A stretch of DNA of 64,000 bases, taken from NCBI RefSeq assembly GCF_006345805.1, contig NC_042999.1, positions 121,582,001 through 121,646,000 on the forward strand. Reading direction: 5' to 3'. The position numbers and the translations under genes were made by a program. Below are positions 24,071-39,029 of the stretch, piece by piece. Positions within the stretch are counted from its first letter, which is position 1, and each line of letters opens with the position of its first letter. The notes beneath the pieces are model-generated. The model saw nothing but the letters and a program-made list of their open reading frames with translations. It searched no databases and had not been told where the DNA came from. This DNA is from Octopus sinensis (lineage: Eukaryota).

Positions 24071-24243
24071 CAGTCAAGTGAAACAGGTATCAGAGATGTG
24101 GAGGAATGCAAGCTAGCAAAGTACAGGTTGTTATCTAATACGTTTCTTTTTGAACATTTTGAAGGAAAAGTCACCCAATACATTTCCTTCTTGCTTAGCA
24201 ACATCAAAAGACGTTGTCACTTGCTAGCTTATCATTCTTGGGG
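24071..24243 (+). CDS. Candidate internal exon of an unidentified gene
   Basis: Acceptor CCTTTTTTTTTTCTGTAG|, a 58-codon open frame QSSETGIRDVEECKLAKYRLLSNTFLFEHFEGKVTQYISFLLSNIKRRCHLLAYHSW, donor GG|GTAATG. Confidence 0.3.
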
Positions 24244-25785
24244 GTAATGCATTTACCATGTTATCTTCAGGGTTTACAAAACAATTCTGTGACTCACCGT
24301 AACATAATTCAATAAATGTTTATGCATGTAAAATAATAATTCCAGTGGGGGCATGTAAACACTATATTACATTTTCCATTTCTATATTTTTTTCCATAAT
24401 CATCTGAGATCAAAATATTAAGAATGCTTTAGTACTGAATCATAAGCATAATATGTAGCTTAGTCAGTTATTAGTATTCATGATTTTTGAATTGATAGAT
24501 TGAATAACATAAACTATTCCAATCAATTTGTTGGAATACCAATTTGTATGACTGTATATTTTGATTTTTTTGTATCTCTGTTTCCTTCTATATCCTCCAC
24601 ATCCTTGAGGTTTCTGCTTCTATTTACTTAAATTCATTTGCTGCGCTACACCAAATTTGTACCAAAATGTTTCTGCATTAATATCTTGATGTAATATTTT
24701 CATACATTCAAATTTAATTTCAAAAATGCTTTGCTATAATATTACAAATTCATATAATTCAAATTTTACATGTTCATGGTCTCAGGAGTGTTAGTGCAAT
24801 TGGTAAAGGGTGAGAGTTTATTCTTTCAAGTCTCAACTTTAAAGCTTTGCTTTTATGATTAAAAGCTCCTACTTGTCACCATATTGAAATTAATGAAAAT
24901 AAATTGTAAAATATTAAATAATAAAATAAATATAAATGTCAAAGTAATTCATGGTAATTCTATATTTCCTTACAAAAAGAGATCATGTATCTCAGAAATA
25001 ATCAGTATTTACATATTCAAATTATTTGGTTATATAAATTATTATTTATATATTCAAATTATTTGACTATATAAATTTATATTATTTTAATATTTTTTCG
25101 AACAGTTTTAAACTGCTTTAAATTATTTAATGTAAATTATTTCTCATGATAAAAATAATGAGTGAAAATCGGACTATACCTGAAGCAGAACAAAAATAAT
25201 GCTGTTAGTTTTCTTGTATAAGGCATAATCTTTTTTTTCTTTTTGAAATTGTTTGTTTTATATTTCATTATAGGGAGAAGTTTCGATCACCATTAATTTA
25301 AAGATCTGAAGTTTGGCTTCAGTTTAACTAAAATCCATAACTATTGAAGACAGAATTATATTGAACAATATAGTTAAATAGTAAAGCTAGGGAAAGAATA
25401 TAAATGAAAAAATATATAGTGTGTTTTAGCAAAAGCACTAGCAGTATAAAGATATTTGGCATACTTTTCCATTATAGTAGTCTTCTCATTTGCATATCTG
25501 ACATGAGCTAACGGCTCCGTATTAGAAAAGATCATCTGTTATGACAAAAGAGATTGATATTAATTTTAGTTGGCAGTTAGTCTGGAGAAAGATAGTTTGT
25601 TATAATACTTATTTTAAGAAAATAGGCTCTGTCAAAGTTATGATTGTTCGTTATGTGACAGAAACTTAGATGACATCAAATTAGTCATGAAATAAAAGAA
25701 TTCGTAGCCTTGAGTGTTGTTGAATATCCAAAGATGTTGAAACTCAGTATTATGAAGAACATGAAGAAGATATCAAGAAATTATG

Positions 25786-25839
<54 letters not shown>

Positions 25840-28800
25840 CACACACACATATGCGTGCATCCACACATACATGCCACACACATACATTATTATACTACAT
25901 GTCAAATTCTTATCATAAATGTACAAGACTTACAAGATGACAAAGTCGTATTTCATCATTTTTATTTGAACCATGCTGATTATCCCAATGAAAAGTTATT
26001 GGAAATGTACTTCAGTAACTCTATACTTTATAGAAAATTTCCTATCAAAGTTTCTGTTAACTTTTTTTTGACAAGATAATAGGGAAAAGACATTTAAAGT
26101 ATATTACTTCTTCAAAAATACAGAGTAAATTATGATTCTATTTTACAATTAAGAAATTATTTAAATGTATTTGCTGTTCCCTAATGCAATTTAGTCTTCA
26201 AAATCAAGTGGAATCATTCTGTAAGACACTTCATTTAGGATAAAAATGCATTGTGTAATTTATATCTTATTATCAAGTATAATTCTTATTGCAAGGCTGA
26301 ATCAATTTCAGAAAGAATTGCATATGTAAATACACACATGCATAAATGTATTCTTGTACCAGTTTCAGTATGTGTGAAAACAAATATTAAGCATATTCTG
26401 TAACTATCAAAAACTTGCTTTCTTTATAAATCTTATTGGTTTCTCTCTGAAACTTCATCCATAGCTTTGTTGATGTATTCTGCTACACAGGTTGAAAGGT
26501 TTTTGCTGGTGTACTTAAATTATTTGATACTTATAGGTTACTAGTCTTACTTTTCTTTTTAAGTTCACTATTATAAAACTAATTTAAAACATCAAAAGCT
26601 ATATTGTTCATCTTTTTATGCTGGTCTAAATGAAAATTTTGTAAAAGGTGTAAAGAATTTTGCCATTTGAATCATTTTATTCATAACATACTTTATAATG
26701 TTAACTGTATTGATTAATGCTTAATGTATATGCATAAAAGTATGTGTGCTGGCTTTCAAATATCCTGAATAGCTATAGCTTACATATTTAACAGAGTAAA
26801 AACCACTCTTTTTTCTTTAAACTGAGAGAAACACCTTTTCTTGTAAGATATTTCAAGTTTATCCAGTTTTTTTCCTTATCCCTAATCTAGGACTAAAAAA
26901 TACTACTTGTTTTATGTTGTCTTCCTCAGACTAATCATTTGCAAAATTGCTCAAAATTTTTAAATATTATATAAATTATATAAAATTGCTCTCATAAAAA
27001 TGTGCAGTATAACTTTTAGGTAATAGATTTGAATATGACACTCAATCAGTGATAACCTTTCTTTTATATGCATAAAGAATGAAGGTTGCATGACTTGAAA
27101 CTTTTGTTTCAGTATTGTATTTTGAATTTACTTTTCATAATGTTTTTACAATCTTTGAAGCTAGTCTATCTGTTTAAAGTTGTAAGAAAAGGTGCCTTAT
27201 TTCTTATTCCATTTATTTTAGTTTACCTAATTGAAAATAGGTATAGGAGCTGATTGAAAATTGATTTATTGATAAGACGGATATCTATTTGTACATATAA
27301 ATAAATTGATCCAGAAATAGAAATCTATCAAATGTATGTGAGCATAGAAATTGTATTGTAAGGCTATTGTTGCTCTAAAAAATATTTAACCACTTCTAAG
27401 ATTAGGTATAAGTTAAAAATTATGTTTCTTTTTGAGTTATGGTATGAATAATAAAGTAGTCATCGTAATCGTTATTGTTGTCATCATTATCATGATCAAA
27501 ACCATATTTTCACATCTAACCTCCATGCTTTTGCTTGTCAATATCCCTTTGATATCAGTGATACTAGACTTTCACTTGTTACTGGAAAACTATTGTAAAT
27601 TACTAAAACCAAAAATAATAATTCAATTTTTATAAGCAAATAAAAATTTATTTATTTCAGTTTGCTTAGTTACTTTACAATTCCTTATCTTATTTAATCA
27701 TTTGGCATTAGTAAAACTATTCAAGCTTCATTCGTTTGAAGAGTCAAAAAAGAAATAAAATAATAATTATCTCTGGAGACTTATCAACTACATATACAAC
27801 AAAATTGTCAGCCATTGAACTATAAATAAACAAAAGAATTTTATACTATATTTTCCAAGAAAATTTAGCAAGAAGCCTTGCTTAGATTAAGACCATTAGT
27901 GGTACAATGAGTAATCTTAAAAGTTGACTTCCTTTTACACCGAATTAAACAAAAATGAGTGAAGCAATTATTGAATTTTATTTACAGAAAGTAGCAAAAG
28001 TATATTATCATGCTCTACATAAAGAAGTCAATGTAGACTCTATTTTTATGCATGTTACATCAGATTAAGTGATTATATGTTTATATTCGTTTTGTATTTT
28101 ATTTGAAGCAAAAATCTACAGTTCTAAATGCTTTTAGTTTTATTTTTTTACAAAAGTAAAATCTTTTAATTCAACAATTACAGAAAAATATAACTGGTTA
28201 CTTGGATGGAATTATATTAGAGATTATAAATTACGTTAGTTTTTCTATAGATAGTTTTCTTTCAACTGAAAAACATTCCAGGCACTTGAAGCAATAATAT
28301 TAAAAATATGTACTGATGTAACTTTTTTCTGAGCAGCACAAAAATCAATATCAAAATGGGAATAAGTATTTTTATTGGTTTAAAAGAACTGATCAGTTAT
28401 CTGAAACTCTCCAGTAAAGTCAAAGTCTGTTGATTATCTGTGTCAAAATTAAACTTACAGATTCTTTTTGATAATGTGTATCATTGTTTGTAAAAGAATA
28501 AACTCATGGTTTAGAAATGAATGTCAAATAAGCTATAGTTTATTTTAGAAAGTGTTCATAAAATCATTATGAACAAAGAAGAGATTAATTTGATTTACTA
28601 ACAGTAAGGACATTAACAAAAAAATTCTTTACCCTATTGGGTTTATTAGACTTCAAAACTATTAGTGGCCTAAGGAAGTATACATCCCATAACAGTCTGA
28701 AAAGCTTGCTTGAGCTACATTCTAATTTTTCTAATTTCATACAATTATGAACTTTATATAAGAATGTAATGAAACAATTACTTATTTTATTACACTTATC

Positions 28801-29084
28801 AGTTGGAGGGAATACTACATACTAATTACATCTGAATGTAAATTGCACTATAAACTAATTTATATCAGGGTATGCATAACAAACACTAAAGGTCCGACTT
28901 ACACAAAATAGAAATGATATTAAGAATTAAAGGGGTTGAATAAGAGTTTTACAAGTCCAACAGTTGTTTCTAGGATTTTGGTGGTCCAAAACAATGATTG
29001 TAAATTGAATCCATTTTCAGATAATACCAGCCTCCATTTTCAGGGAAGAATTTTACATTTGAGGTGTTGACAGAATGGAGGTTA

Positions 29085-29335
29085 AAGATGGACTATATAT
29101 GTATATATTTATGTATGTGTGTCTTTCTGTCTGAATTTACCCCCACCCACTGCTTGACAACCGGTGCTGGTATGTTTATGTCCCTGTAACTAAGCAATTC
29201 AGCAAAAACTGATAGAATAAGTACCAAGCTTAAAAGAAAAGTACTGGGGTTGATTTATTTGACTTAAAATTCAAAGACATTGCCCCAGCATGGCTGTAGT
29301 CTAATGACTGAAACAAATAAAGGATAAAGGAAAGG
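29085..29335 (+). mobile_element. SINE (third family), + orientation
   Basis: CCGGTGCTGGTATGTTTATGTCCCTGTAACTAAGC...GATAGAATAAGTAC...CCCAGCATGGCTGTAGTCTAATGACTGAAACAAATAAA is the reverse of the 12010, 42790 and 54770 copies. Confidence 0.7.
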
Positions 29336-30011
29336 ATAATACATAGGGGCATGGTGCCACTTTTTCGATTTGTTTTTTTTATTGCACATACATGTGTGTG
29401 CACACACAAGCACACCCACCCACACACCAACACTTATGCATGCATATCTTGAGAAGATTGACTAGAATGAACATCTCATGAATATTAGCATTACATTTTA
29501 CTTATATTTATTCATATTTTACTACTTTCACTTTAATAAAGTCAAACCCACGTGCACTGTAATATTACAAGTTCCTCTGGCTCTAGATTTGAAACGGAGG
29601 TTTCATATAAATCACTGAAAGCATTCTTGATTAATTAATCGAGATGTCAGCTGAATATATCGAAATGCATTATAAGTTTACTTAGATTATAGGTTGCTTT
29701 AGCTTTGCATGCACAGACAGCTTTTCATTTAGTTTATTTGTTTTATTATTTTTTGATACCATGACATGAATTTGCTTCTGTACTTTCCTTTTCACAAGTT
29801 ATTCTGCTAATTAAAGCATATTCAAAATTAGTATGAAATTTAAATTTTCATTAATGTACAATGTTTTTGATTGTGAAGAAACTGTTCCAAGCATTGTTGT
29901 TATAAGATTTTCTTTATAATTTTGCATCATCATAATCATTTTATTATAATTTTCTCATATATCTTTTTAGTCTGCTGCCAGTAGTAATCAACTACTTTAC
30001 TGGTCACTTAC

Positions 30012-30125
30012 CAGAGTAGGAGCCATATGAGAATTGTATGAGATAATCTACATCACCCATGATTAATTATTCATGGACTGTTTAACTATAAGAGATGGGA
30101 ATAACCTATATACATAGTGGATTAA
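30012..30125 (-). CDS. Candidate start-codon exon on the minus strand
   Basis: Acceptor GTATTTTCAG|, ATG in strong Kozak context AATCATGG (30060-30058), MGDVDYLIQFSYGSYS, consensus donor CTG|GTAAGT. Confidence 0.3.
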
Positions 30126-30645
30126 CTGAAAATACTGTTTATAAAGAAACACTACATTCAAAGTTTTAATATTTTGTTTTGTTGGAAGTTCACCTTCAGA
30201 CATTATACAAATTTATCTGTAAACAAAATTAATCTCAAATTTGGTATGGTGGAGGAAGACAAAAATATTTTAGTATGACTAGTGTCTTTTTTAAAAGTTA
30301 TCTAAGAACCTAGGCAAAGCAAATTATAAAATAAGAATATTCATCATCATCATTATCATCATCATTGTTTGAACATTTATTTTTCTATGCTTGCATAGTT
30401 CAGATGGAATTTGTTGAGATAGGCTTTCTATGGCTGGAAACTCTTTTGCTACCGACCATTACCTGTTTCCAAGCAAGGTAATATTTCCCAGATATGTTTC
30501 TCATAGAAAACTGGAAACAAACTACATTGCCTGTGTGAAGTTAATACTCATTTACAAGCATCACATAATGTTTGAGCACACACAAATACATACATACGTG
30601 CATGCATGCATGCATGCATGCATACATACATACATACATACATAC

Positions 30646-30676
<31 letters not shown>

Positions 30677-32463
30677 CATACATACATACATACATACATA
30701 CTCACACTCACATAAATACGTAAATATAAGCCGTATTCTGTCAAAAGCTCATCTGAGATCCAAACTGAAGACCTATACTCCTTTCTAATTCGATGTTCAT
30801 TTCTGATTCCCAAGAAATCAGAAAACAGATTTTGAGGTGGGAAAATGCAATTGCTAATGATGGCAATTATATTTTAAATGAATAAATATATTTTTATGTT
30901 TTATGCTAGTTTCAACTCATTACATGGAATACAGCACCAGTTTCCAGTACCTTTATATGTGTGTGTGTGTATGTGTGCACGCGTGCATGTTTCAATAGAC
31001 AAACAAATAGCTGTGTGATTGAAAATTTCAGTTTGCAACCATGTAGTTTCACTGTATATGTGTGAATGAGTTTGTCCCATATTTAACTACATACCAAATT
31101 TGCTAAGCAGTAACACCAATTATATACTATATTACATAATATATGAAATTTATTCATGATTTAACTAATTTGCAATATTCACTTATCCATTTCTAAATAT
31201 TGTTTTCTACATTTCCCTTTATTACTCACTTCATATGTGATTTGGGATTGCTGTTTAAATGTGACTGCTGACATTACAATACAATGAAGAACAAAGTAAT
31301 TGGGTACCATGCCATTAATGATCAGATAATTATCTGCAATTTGTGATACATAACCTATGAAACTGGTACAGATAAAATGTTTTGAAATTCTCTAAGTGGT
31401 TGCCCATAATATGAGCCTATTATTTCCAAGCAAGGAATCAATTACTTGATCATCTCTCAAACTACAAAGTAGTGTGGTAGTAGGCTCTACTATTACAACT
31501 TCCTTTACATTATATTTTTGGGATAGAAATTATATTTAGAATTATATTTTGTTTAATTAGGAAACATATTTTGTTTATTTGAATTTTTGTTGTGTTTATT
31601 TGCATTTTTCCGTGTTGAGCTTAAACATTTTTTGTGGTACTCGTCATCAATATTTTTGGAAATAAATTTAGTTTTATTTTTAGTTCCTATATAATACAAA
31701 CTTCATTTAGAGCTACGTTTTAACTTCAATTTCATTCCTGTGTTGAGAGAAAAAAATCAAATTCATGTTTACTTTGCTGAAAATGTTCCAAATAAATGAA
31801 TTTAACAAGTAACATAATTGACAAACTTGGAATTTCATGTTTAATTTGCTCAAAAATTTTCAAATAATACAATTACAATTACAAATAATTGACAAAATAA
31901 GAAAATTTGTAAAGGTTTAAAAATTTTAAATAAAAAGTGCTTTGAGAAACACACTTTTCTTTTGTGAATGCTTTTATTTTGTCTGTCTGACCAAAGCTCA
32001 TATATAATCTCTAGAAATGGCAATATCCCAGTGATCGTTACCTTCAGTCTGGTGTTCCAGAATTTTGGCAAAACTTTATACATTGATCCATGCTGACATC
32101 ACATGAGTTTTCAGAAGAAAAATCAAAATGCATATGCAAGTAATAAACTTTAGGTATGCAGTATCACATATTCTTACAATATTCAGTAAAATTGACACTG
32201 CTATCCCCTCCCCGCCACCACCACCAGCAATTCAAGACTTTGAAGATTCATAGAAATCTATGAACTACACGACAAAATGTATATCTGCAAGCAAAATGTA
32301 AAGCTTTTATTAATAGAACCTCAGTGACAGAGAGGTAAAACTCAATGTCAAATAGTATATGCGTGCATATATATATATGTGAATATAAGCAAACACACAG
32401 CATGTAAAATATGCAGGAAACACTGATTTATTAAATCACCTGGAGAGACTCGATTACAAATAT

Positions 32464-32506
<43 letters not shown>

Positions 32507-32707
32507 CATGTGTACACATGTGTATGTCTATGTAATATATAGATATATGTATGTATATAAGAATGTAATATTTGAATTTGACATAATAAACATGAGTAGT
32601 AGTACTCAACACATGAGAATAATATTGATAAACTTGCATGGCCCCTCTTCCAAAATTCCCTTGCCTGTGATGATAAATACTTCTCCAGTACTGTTCCGAC
32701 GTATATA

Positions 32708-33595
32708 TACAAAGAGGTACCCAAAAGTAACTGGTTACGTTCTCTGTAGGATAATCCCATTGTAGCTCAGGTTTCTGCCATTAGAAGTCACTTGAAACAG
32801 CCCTTAAGCATCAGTCTACCAGCTGGCGTCGTTGGGTGAAGTCATACTGCCATGTAGTGCATCTTTGTTTTGCAGTGCTTCTCCCCTAGTTGTCTATTTG
32901 TGTGATGGTTGAAGCAAAGTAACTACGTGATCCTGTGAAATTCTGTTTTCTGTGGGGGAAAACAGCGACCAAAATAGTTGTCATGTTTCAAACAGCTTAC
33001 AAGGACACTGCTATGAGCAAAACAAGTTTATGAGTAGTTTTTATGCTTTATGAATGGTCACTTGCTGCTTGAAGACCAACCTCATTCAGGGCGACCATCG
33101 ACCACCTTGAACGAATGGAAACATCACGAAAATTCATGGACGAACTTATTGATATGACTAATGTGTCCTGGAGTTCCTCTCAACGAATTTTGAATGAAAA
33201 GAGTTGCAACAAAATTTGTGCTTTGCTTGCTCGTGGAAGATCAAAAGCAGTCACAACTGAATGCATGTTGTGAACTGAAAGAACGGTTAGAAGTCGATCT
33301 TGCTTTCTGCGACATATTTTTTAAACTCTGAATGAAAAGAAGTCCTGAAAGGAAAACGTTTTTCAGATGTGGAAGAGAAGTAAAACAAAAAAATGGAAGC
33401 CTTAAAAGGTATCACTTTGCAAGGGGTCCAGGACTGCTTCGAACAGTGGAAAACAAGTCTGGACCGATGCACTGCTTCAAATGGATGATACTTTGAAGGC
33501 TATAAAAGTGTATAAAAGACTATAAAAGTATATGAAGGCTATATAAGAGAATAAAATAACATTGCAAAATTCCAGTTTCTTATAAGTACTCCCTT

Positions 33596-33598
<3 letters not shown>
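32708..33598 (+). mobile_element. Internally deleted mariner element with imperfect TIRs and TA duplications
   Basis: Left TA-TACAAAGAGGTACCCAAAAGTAACTGG versus the reverse complement of the right end TA-TACAAGGGAGTACTTATAAGAAACTGG. Internal VKFCFLWGKTATKIVVMFQTAYKDTAMSKT...LEDQPHSGRPST. Confidence 0.85.
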
Positions 33599-33635
<37 letters not shown>

Positions 33636-33734
33636 TTATATGTATATATGTATATATATCTGTGTGTTTATATGTATATATGTATGTTTATATGTATATA
33701 TGTATATATATATATACCTGTGTGTTTATCTGTA

Positions 33735-33768
<34 letters not shown>

Positions 33769-33959
33769 TGTATATATGTGTATGTATGTATGTATGTATA
33801 TATGTATATATATATATATGTTATATGTATGTATATATGTATATATATATGTATATATGTATATATATAATGTAATATGTATGATATATGTATATATATA
33901 TATGTATATATGTATGTATATATGTATATATATATGTATATATATATGTATATATATGT

Positions 33960-34042
<83 letters not shown>

Positions 34043-34633
34043 ATATATATATGTATGTATATATATATATATATGTATGTATATATATATATGTATGTAT
34101 ATATATATATATATGTATGTATATATATATATATATATGTATGTATATATATAATATATGTATATATATATGTATGTATATATATATATATTGTATGTAT
34201 ATATATATATGTATGTATATATATATTGTATGTATATATATATATATATATATGTATGTATATATTGTATGTATATATATATATATATGTATGTAATATA
34301 TATATATATATGTTATGTATATATATATATGTATGTATATATATATATGTATATATGTATGTATATATATATATGTATATATATATATGTATATATGTAT
34401 GTATATATATATATGTATATATGTATGTATATATATATATGTATATATGTATGTATATATATATATATGTATGTATATATATATATATATGTATATATGT
34501 ATATATATATATGTATATATGTATGTATATATGTATATATATATATGTATATATGTATGTATATATATATATGTATATATGTATGTATATATGTATGTAT
34601 ATATGTATGTATATATGTATGTATATATATATG

Positions 34634-34664
<31 letters not shown>

Positions 34665-34717
34665 ATATATATGTATATATGTATGTATATATATATGTAT
34701 ATATGTATGTATATATG

Positions 34718-34751
<34 letters not shown>

Positions 34752-34878
34752 TGTATGTATGTATATATGTATATATATATATGTATATATGTATGTATAT
34801 ATATATGTATATTGTATATATATATATGTATATTGTATGTATATATGTATATATATATGTATATATAATATATATATG

Positions 34879-34912
<34 letters not shown>

Positions 34913-34988
34913 ATATATATATATAATGTATGTATATTATATATTATATATGTATGTATATATATATATGTATGTATCTATATGTATG

Positions 34989-35025
<37 letters not shown>

Positions 35026-35760
35026 GTATGTATATATATATATGTATATATGTATGTATATATATATATATAGTATGTATATATATATATGTATATATGT
35101 ATGTATATATATATATATATGTATGTATATATATATATATATGTATGTATATATGTATATATATCTATATGTATATATGTATGTATATGTATATATATAT
35201 ATGTATATATGTATGTTATATATATATGTATATATGTATGTATATATGTATGTAATATATGTATGTAATATGTATGTATATAATATATGTATATATGTAT
35301 GTATAATATATGTATATATATGTATGTATATATGTATGTATATATATAGTATATATGTATGTCTATGTATGTATATATATATATGTATATATGTATGTAT
35401 ATATGTATTATATATATATATCTATGTATATATGTATATATATATATTATGTATGTATATATATGTATGTAATATATGTATATATAATATATATATGTAT
35501 ATGTATGTATGTATATATATATATGTATGATGTATGTATATATGTATATATATATGTATGTATATATGTATGTATATATGTATATATATATGTATATATG
35601 TATGTATATATGTATATATATATGTATGTATATATGTATATATGTATGTATATATGTATATATATATGTATGTATATATGTATATATATATATATGTATA
35701 TATGTATGTATATATGTATGTATACATATATATGTATGTGTGTGTATACACACACATATA
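33597..35760. repeat. ~2.1-kb mosaic (TA)n/(TATG)n simple repeat
   Basis: Directly visible; almost no C on the + strand. It generates the 636-aa and other Y/I/C/M/V ORFs. Confidence 0.97.
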
Positions 35761-36429
35761 TGGCCTGAGGTGAATTTGTAACCTTTATATCCATGTCAGA
35801 AAGAATACCATCAGGTTATTAAATAGTACTTTAATATGGTTGAGAATAAGCATTAAAAACATTAACTTCCTCTCTTTGTAGATATCAAAAAATGAGTAAT
35901 GATGAAGATTGGAATGGAGTGTAGAGTAGAATAAAACATTGTGGAAGTATTAGGACCACATACTTTCATAAAATTTCTATTCTCTTCAGCTTCATTATTT
36001 TATTGAATACAAAGAAACATATGAAAAATATCATGTACATCACAGAGGTGGTTTTCATATAAAGTATTTGTATAGTAATATCTAAATTTCTAAAAAAAAA
36101 TTAGTAAAATCCATTTACTTAGAATGAATAACTTAAAATGTATCAAGATCACAAAAGAAGTGACAATAAAAAAACTAAAGTTAATTATAAAATTTAGATA
36201 AATAAAACTTGAGATGATAAGTAAATTTTTTTCAAGAGATTAATATTTTATTCAAAATTGTAATTGTGTATTACATATCAAATGCACTTGTTGATTTCAC
36301 TGTATATCTTTTTTTGTGTGGTTTCTTATAGTTTAGCTCTTGTTTGAATCAGTTGTGTTCAAAATGTTCATTATAATAGAATTAAATGATTTTTTAAAAT
36401 CTGCTCAAAATATACCAAGAAGATATAAA

Positions 36430-36900
36430 AATAAATAGATCAACATACAGATGGATAGGTACATAGGTTATAAGAACAGACAAACACACATATGCAAATG
36501 GAGCCTGAAACACATGACCATATATACACACACTTTACTCCACACAAGAACACGTATGGAGACACAGATCCACACATATAAAGATGCACATCCATACATG
36601 CAAACATGTTACATAGTTGCATAACACAAGCACACACAAAGAGACAGAGGTGCATATATATACAAACATATGCTCACACACATACATAGAAAATACACAA
36701 ACACATAAATATGCAGGATACATACATACAGATGCACACATATATACATATTATACATATGCATACACACACATATATACACACATACACATGCAAACAT
36801 ACATACACACACATGCAAACATACATACACACATACATATGTAAATGCATGTATGCATAGGCACACACATGCACACTGACCCACACACATGCGCACAAAC
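36430..36900. repeat. Degenerate CA/CATA-rich low-complexity tract
   Basis: Interrupted ACAC/ATAC runs. Confidence 0.85.
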
Positions 36901-39029
36901 AAACAAAAAGGAATGCAGTGTAAATAACGGACAGAGTCAAGAGTATTGAAAAGGTTGCAAGATGCAACAAAAATTTTAGGAAAATAAAAAAATATAAGAA
37001 ATAAGTGGAAATTTTACCAGTGAGTGTGTTACATTATAAGGCACAAAAAGAAAATGACTCTCCCCAAACACAACAGAATTCTCAATGATTCAACTGCTGC
37101 TTTTGTTGTAATTGTTAAGAAACAATTAATTTTTTCTATGTGCTCTGTTTGTACTGAAAAATTGGGATGAAACAACCTGGTGCTCTTTTGAAATGGATTT
37201 TGACAATGAATTGACTTATTACAAATTGACTAGAAGCAAATTGACCAATAACACACTTTCACACATACATGCGCATGTATGCACACACTCACACACACAA
37301 ATAGAAAATGGTCACTTCTAAAACATCACTGAATATATGTTGGCTCAGTTAGAGCTGACTTTGCAGGATAAACAAGAACATCAACTAGCCTTAGAAAAAG
37401 GCAAGCTTGGTATTGTAAACATAGTTGCTGTTCTGCTTATCACAACAATTTTGCAGTTTCAGTTGATGTGCTAGAATAGTTTCAGTTTTATTGGAATTTA
37501 TATTTAAAACTTCTAGAAAGCAAATATGCCATGGGAGCTGTTCATCAAGAAAGTTTTGGCAAGCATTTTTTAATGCATTGGAATATTGTCTCATGTCAAA
37601 AATGCTCCTTTATTGGACACCATCATTTTGGTTGCTGCCCAGTATACTGATTTTAGAATAGTTAATTGTTACCCACCAGTCTAATTAGTAAATATTTATA
37701 ATTAGTTAACTTTAGCTATTGTAAATAAAGCAACACACTACTAATGAACACATGGAAAAGGCTGGTGTATTAATTCGACTAGTTGTAATTATGAGAAAGA
37801 TGGCAAAGCAACTAAATAAAATTTGTTCATGATGTGACAAAATAAATTTGTGGAACTAATATAGCATTACATGGTAATTAAAAATGATGTTCATTATGAA
37901 ATGTCTTCAGTGTTATTCAATGTTTTTATTACACAGATGTTAATGATTGTTTCAAATTTAATTTTAGAATAGCTTGCACATTAATTCTGTTCTTTTAGAT
38001 TTTTATTTTTTAAAAATATTTTTGTTTTCTAATTGTACATATTTACATGTGTGATTATATGATTGTTCTTTTTGATAAGTAGTTTTCATTTTTTTTTCAA
38101 TATTTTTATTAAAATTAAGTATTTTGTTGAATGACCCAGAAAAATATATGTAAATTGTGCTTGCAGTTTTCTTTGTCTATATAAAGAAATATGCTTTTAC
38201 CACAAAAACTCCATAAGCTGTAAATATAAATTCTTGAAATAATTTCAATTTATCATTAAAAAATAGACATATTCAAAAATATCAGTTTTACAATTGAATG
38301 AATTATAATTGTAAATATATTGAAATGATATTTTTTCAGAAAATTATAACTGAATCTTTCATATTAAAATTCTATATAATGCTTGAAAAACCTTTTGTAA
38401 TTTTGTCAGCTACTACGCAACAGAATTAATGTTACATAAAAATTTGGGAACAGCAAAACAAATATGATTATCTGTAAGCATTCTTTTTATTTTTATATGT
38501 TGGAATTTGTCAAAATCAGTATGTTCTATATCACAAAATTAGCTAAGAAATGAAATTGGTCAAAAAAGAAAAATTAAATGAAACTAGTTTAAAATAAATA
38601 AATACATGAAAGTAGAAGTAATATACATAAGCTGTAAAAAAATTAAATTAGTTGCTAATTGATATTATTTTATCTCTATAAAGAAAGGAGATGACTTCAC
38701 AGATGTTCTGCTTTACCTACTCTTCCACTTGCTTTTTATCTGGCTGAAGAAATAGCAATTGAATCATGAAGAAAACAAAGAGAGATATATTTATTCATGA
38801 GGTGGAAGTCAATTTATGTAAAAGGAAATAATTTTGAGGTGTCATCCAAATGGCAATTTTTTTTTGTGATTAAGTCATGAGGAAAGATAGTACTAATGAC
38901 ATATCACAGGACCTCTGAAACTAGTGGGAAACAGGTAGGCAAGTATACTCAAACTAGAGACATAGTCTGAATGATTGCAACCAAGTGGAAGCTGCCAAAG
39001 GGGTAAAAGGTTTCAGGTCATCATGGTCT

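Noticed and set aside
33620-35530. 636-aa ORF and many overlapping ORFs
   Set aside because: Translation of the TA/TATG microsatellite (Y/I/C/M/V only); TA and TG repeats lack stop codons in some frames.
37391-37594. 67-aa minus ORF NALKNACQNFLDEQLPW...
   Set aside because: An in-frame stop lies just upstream, no donor site was found and no motif is recognised. Both strands give similar-length frames, consistent with chance.
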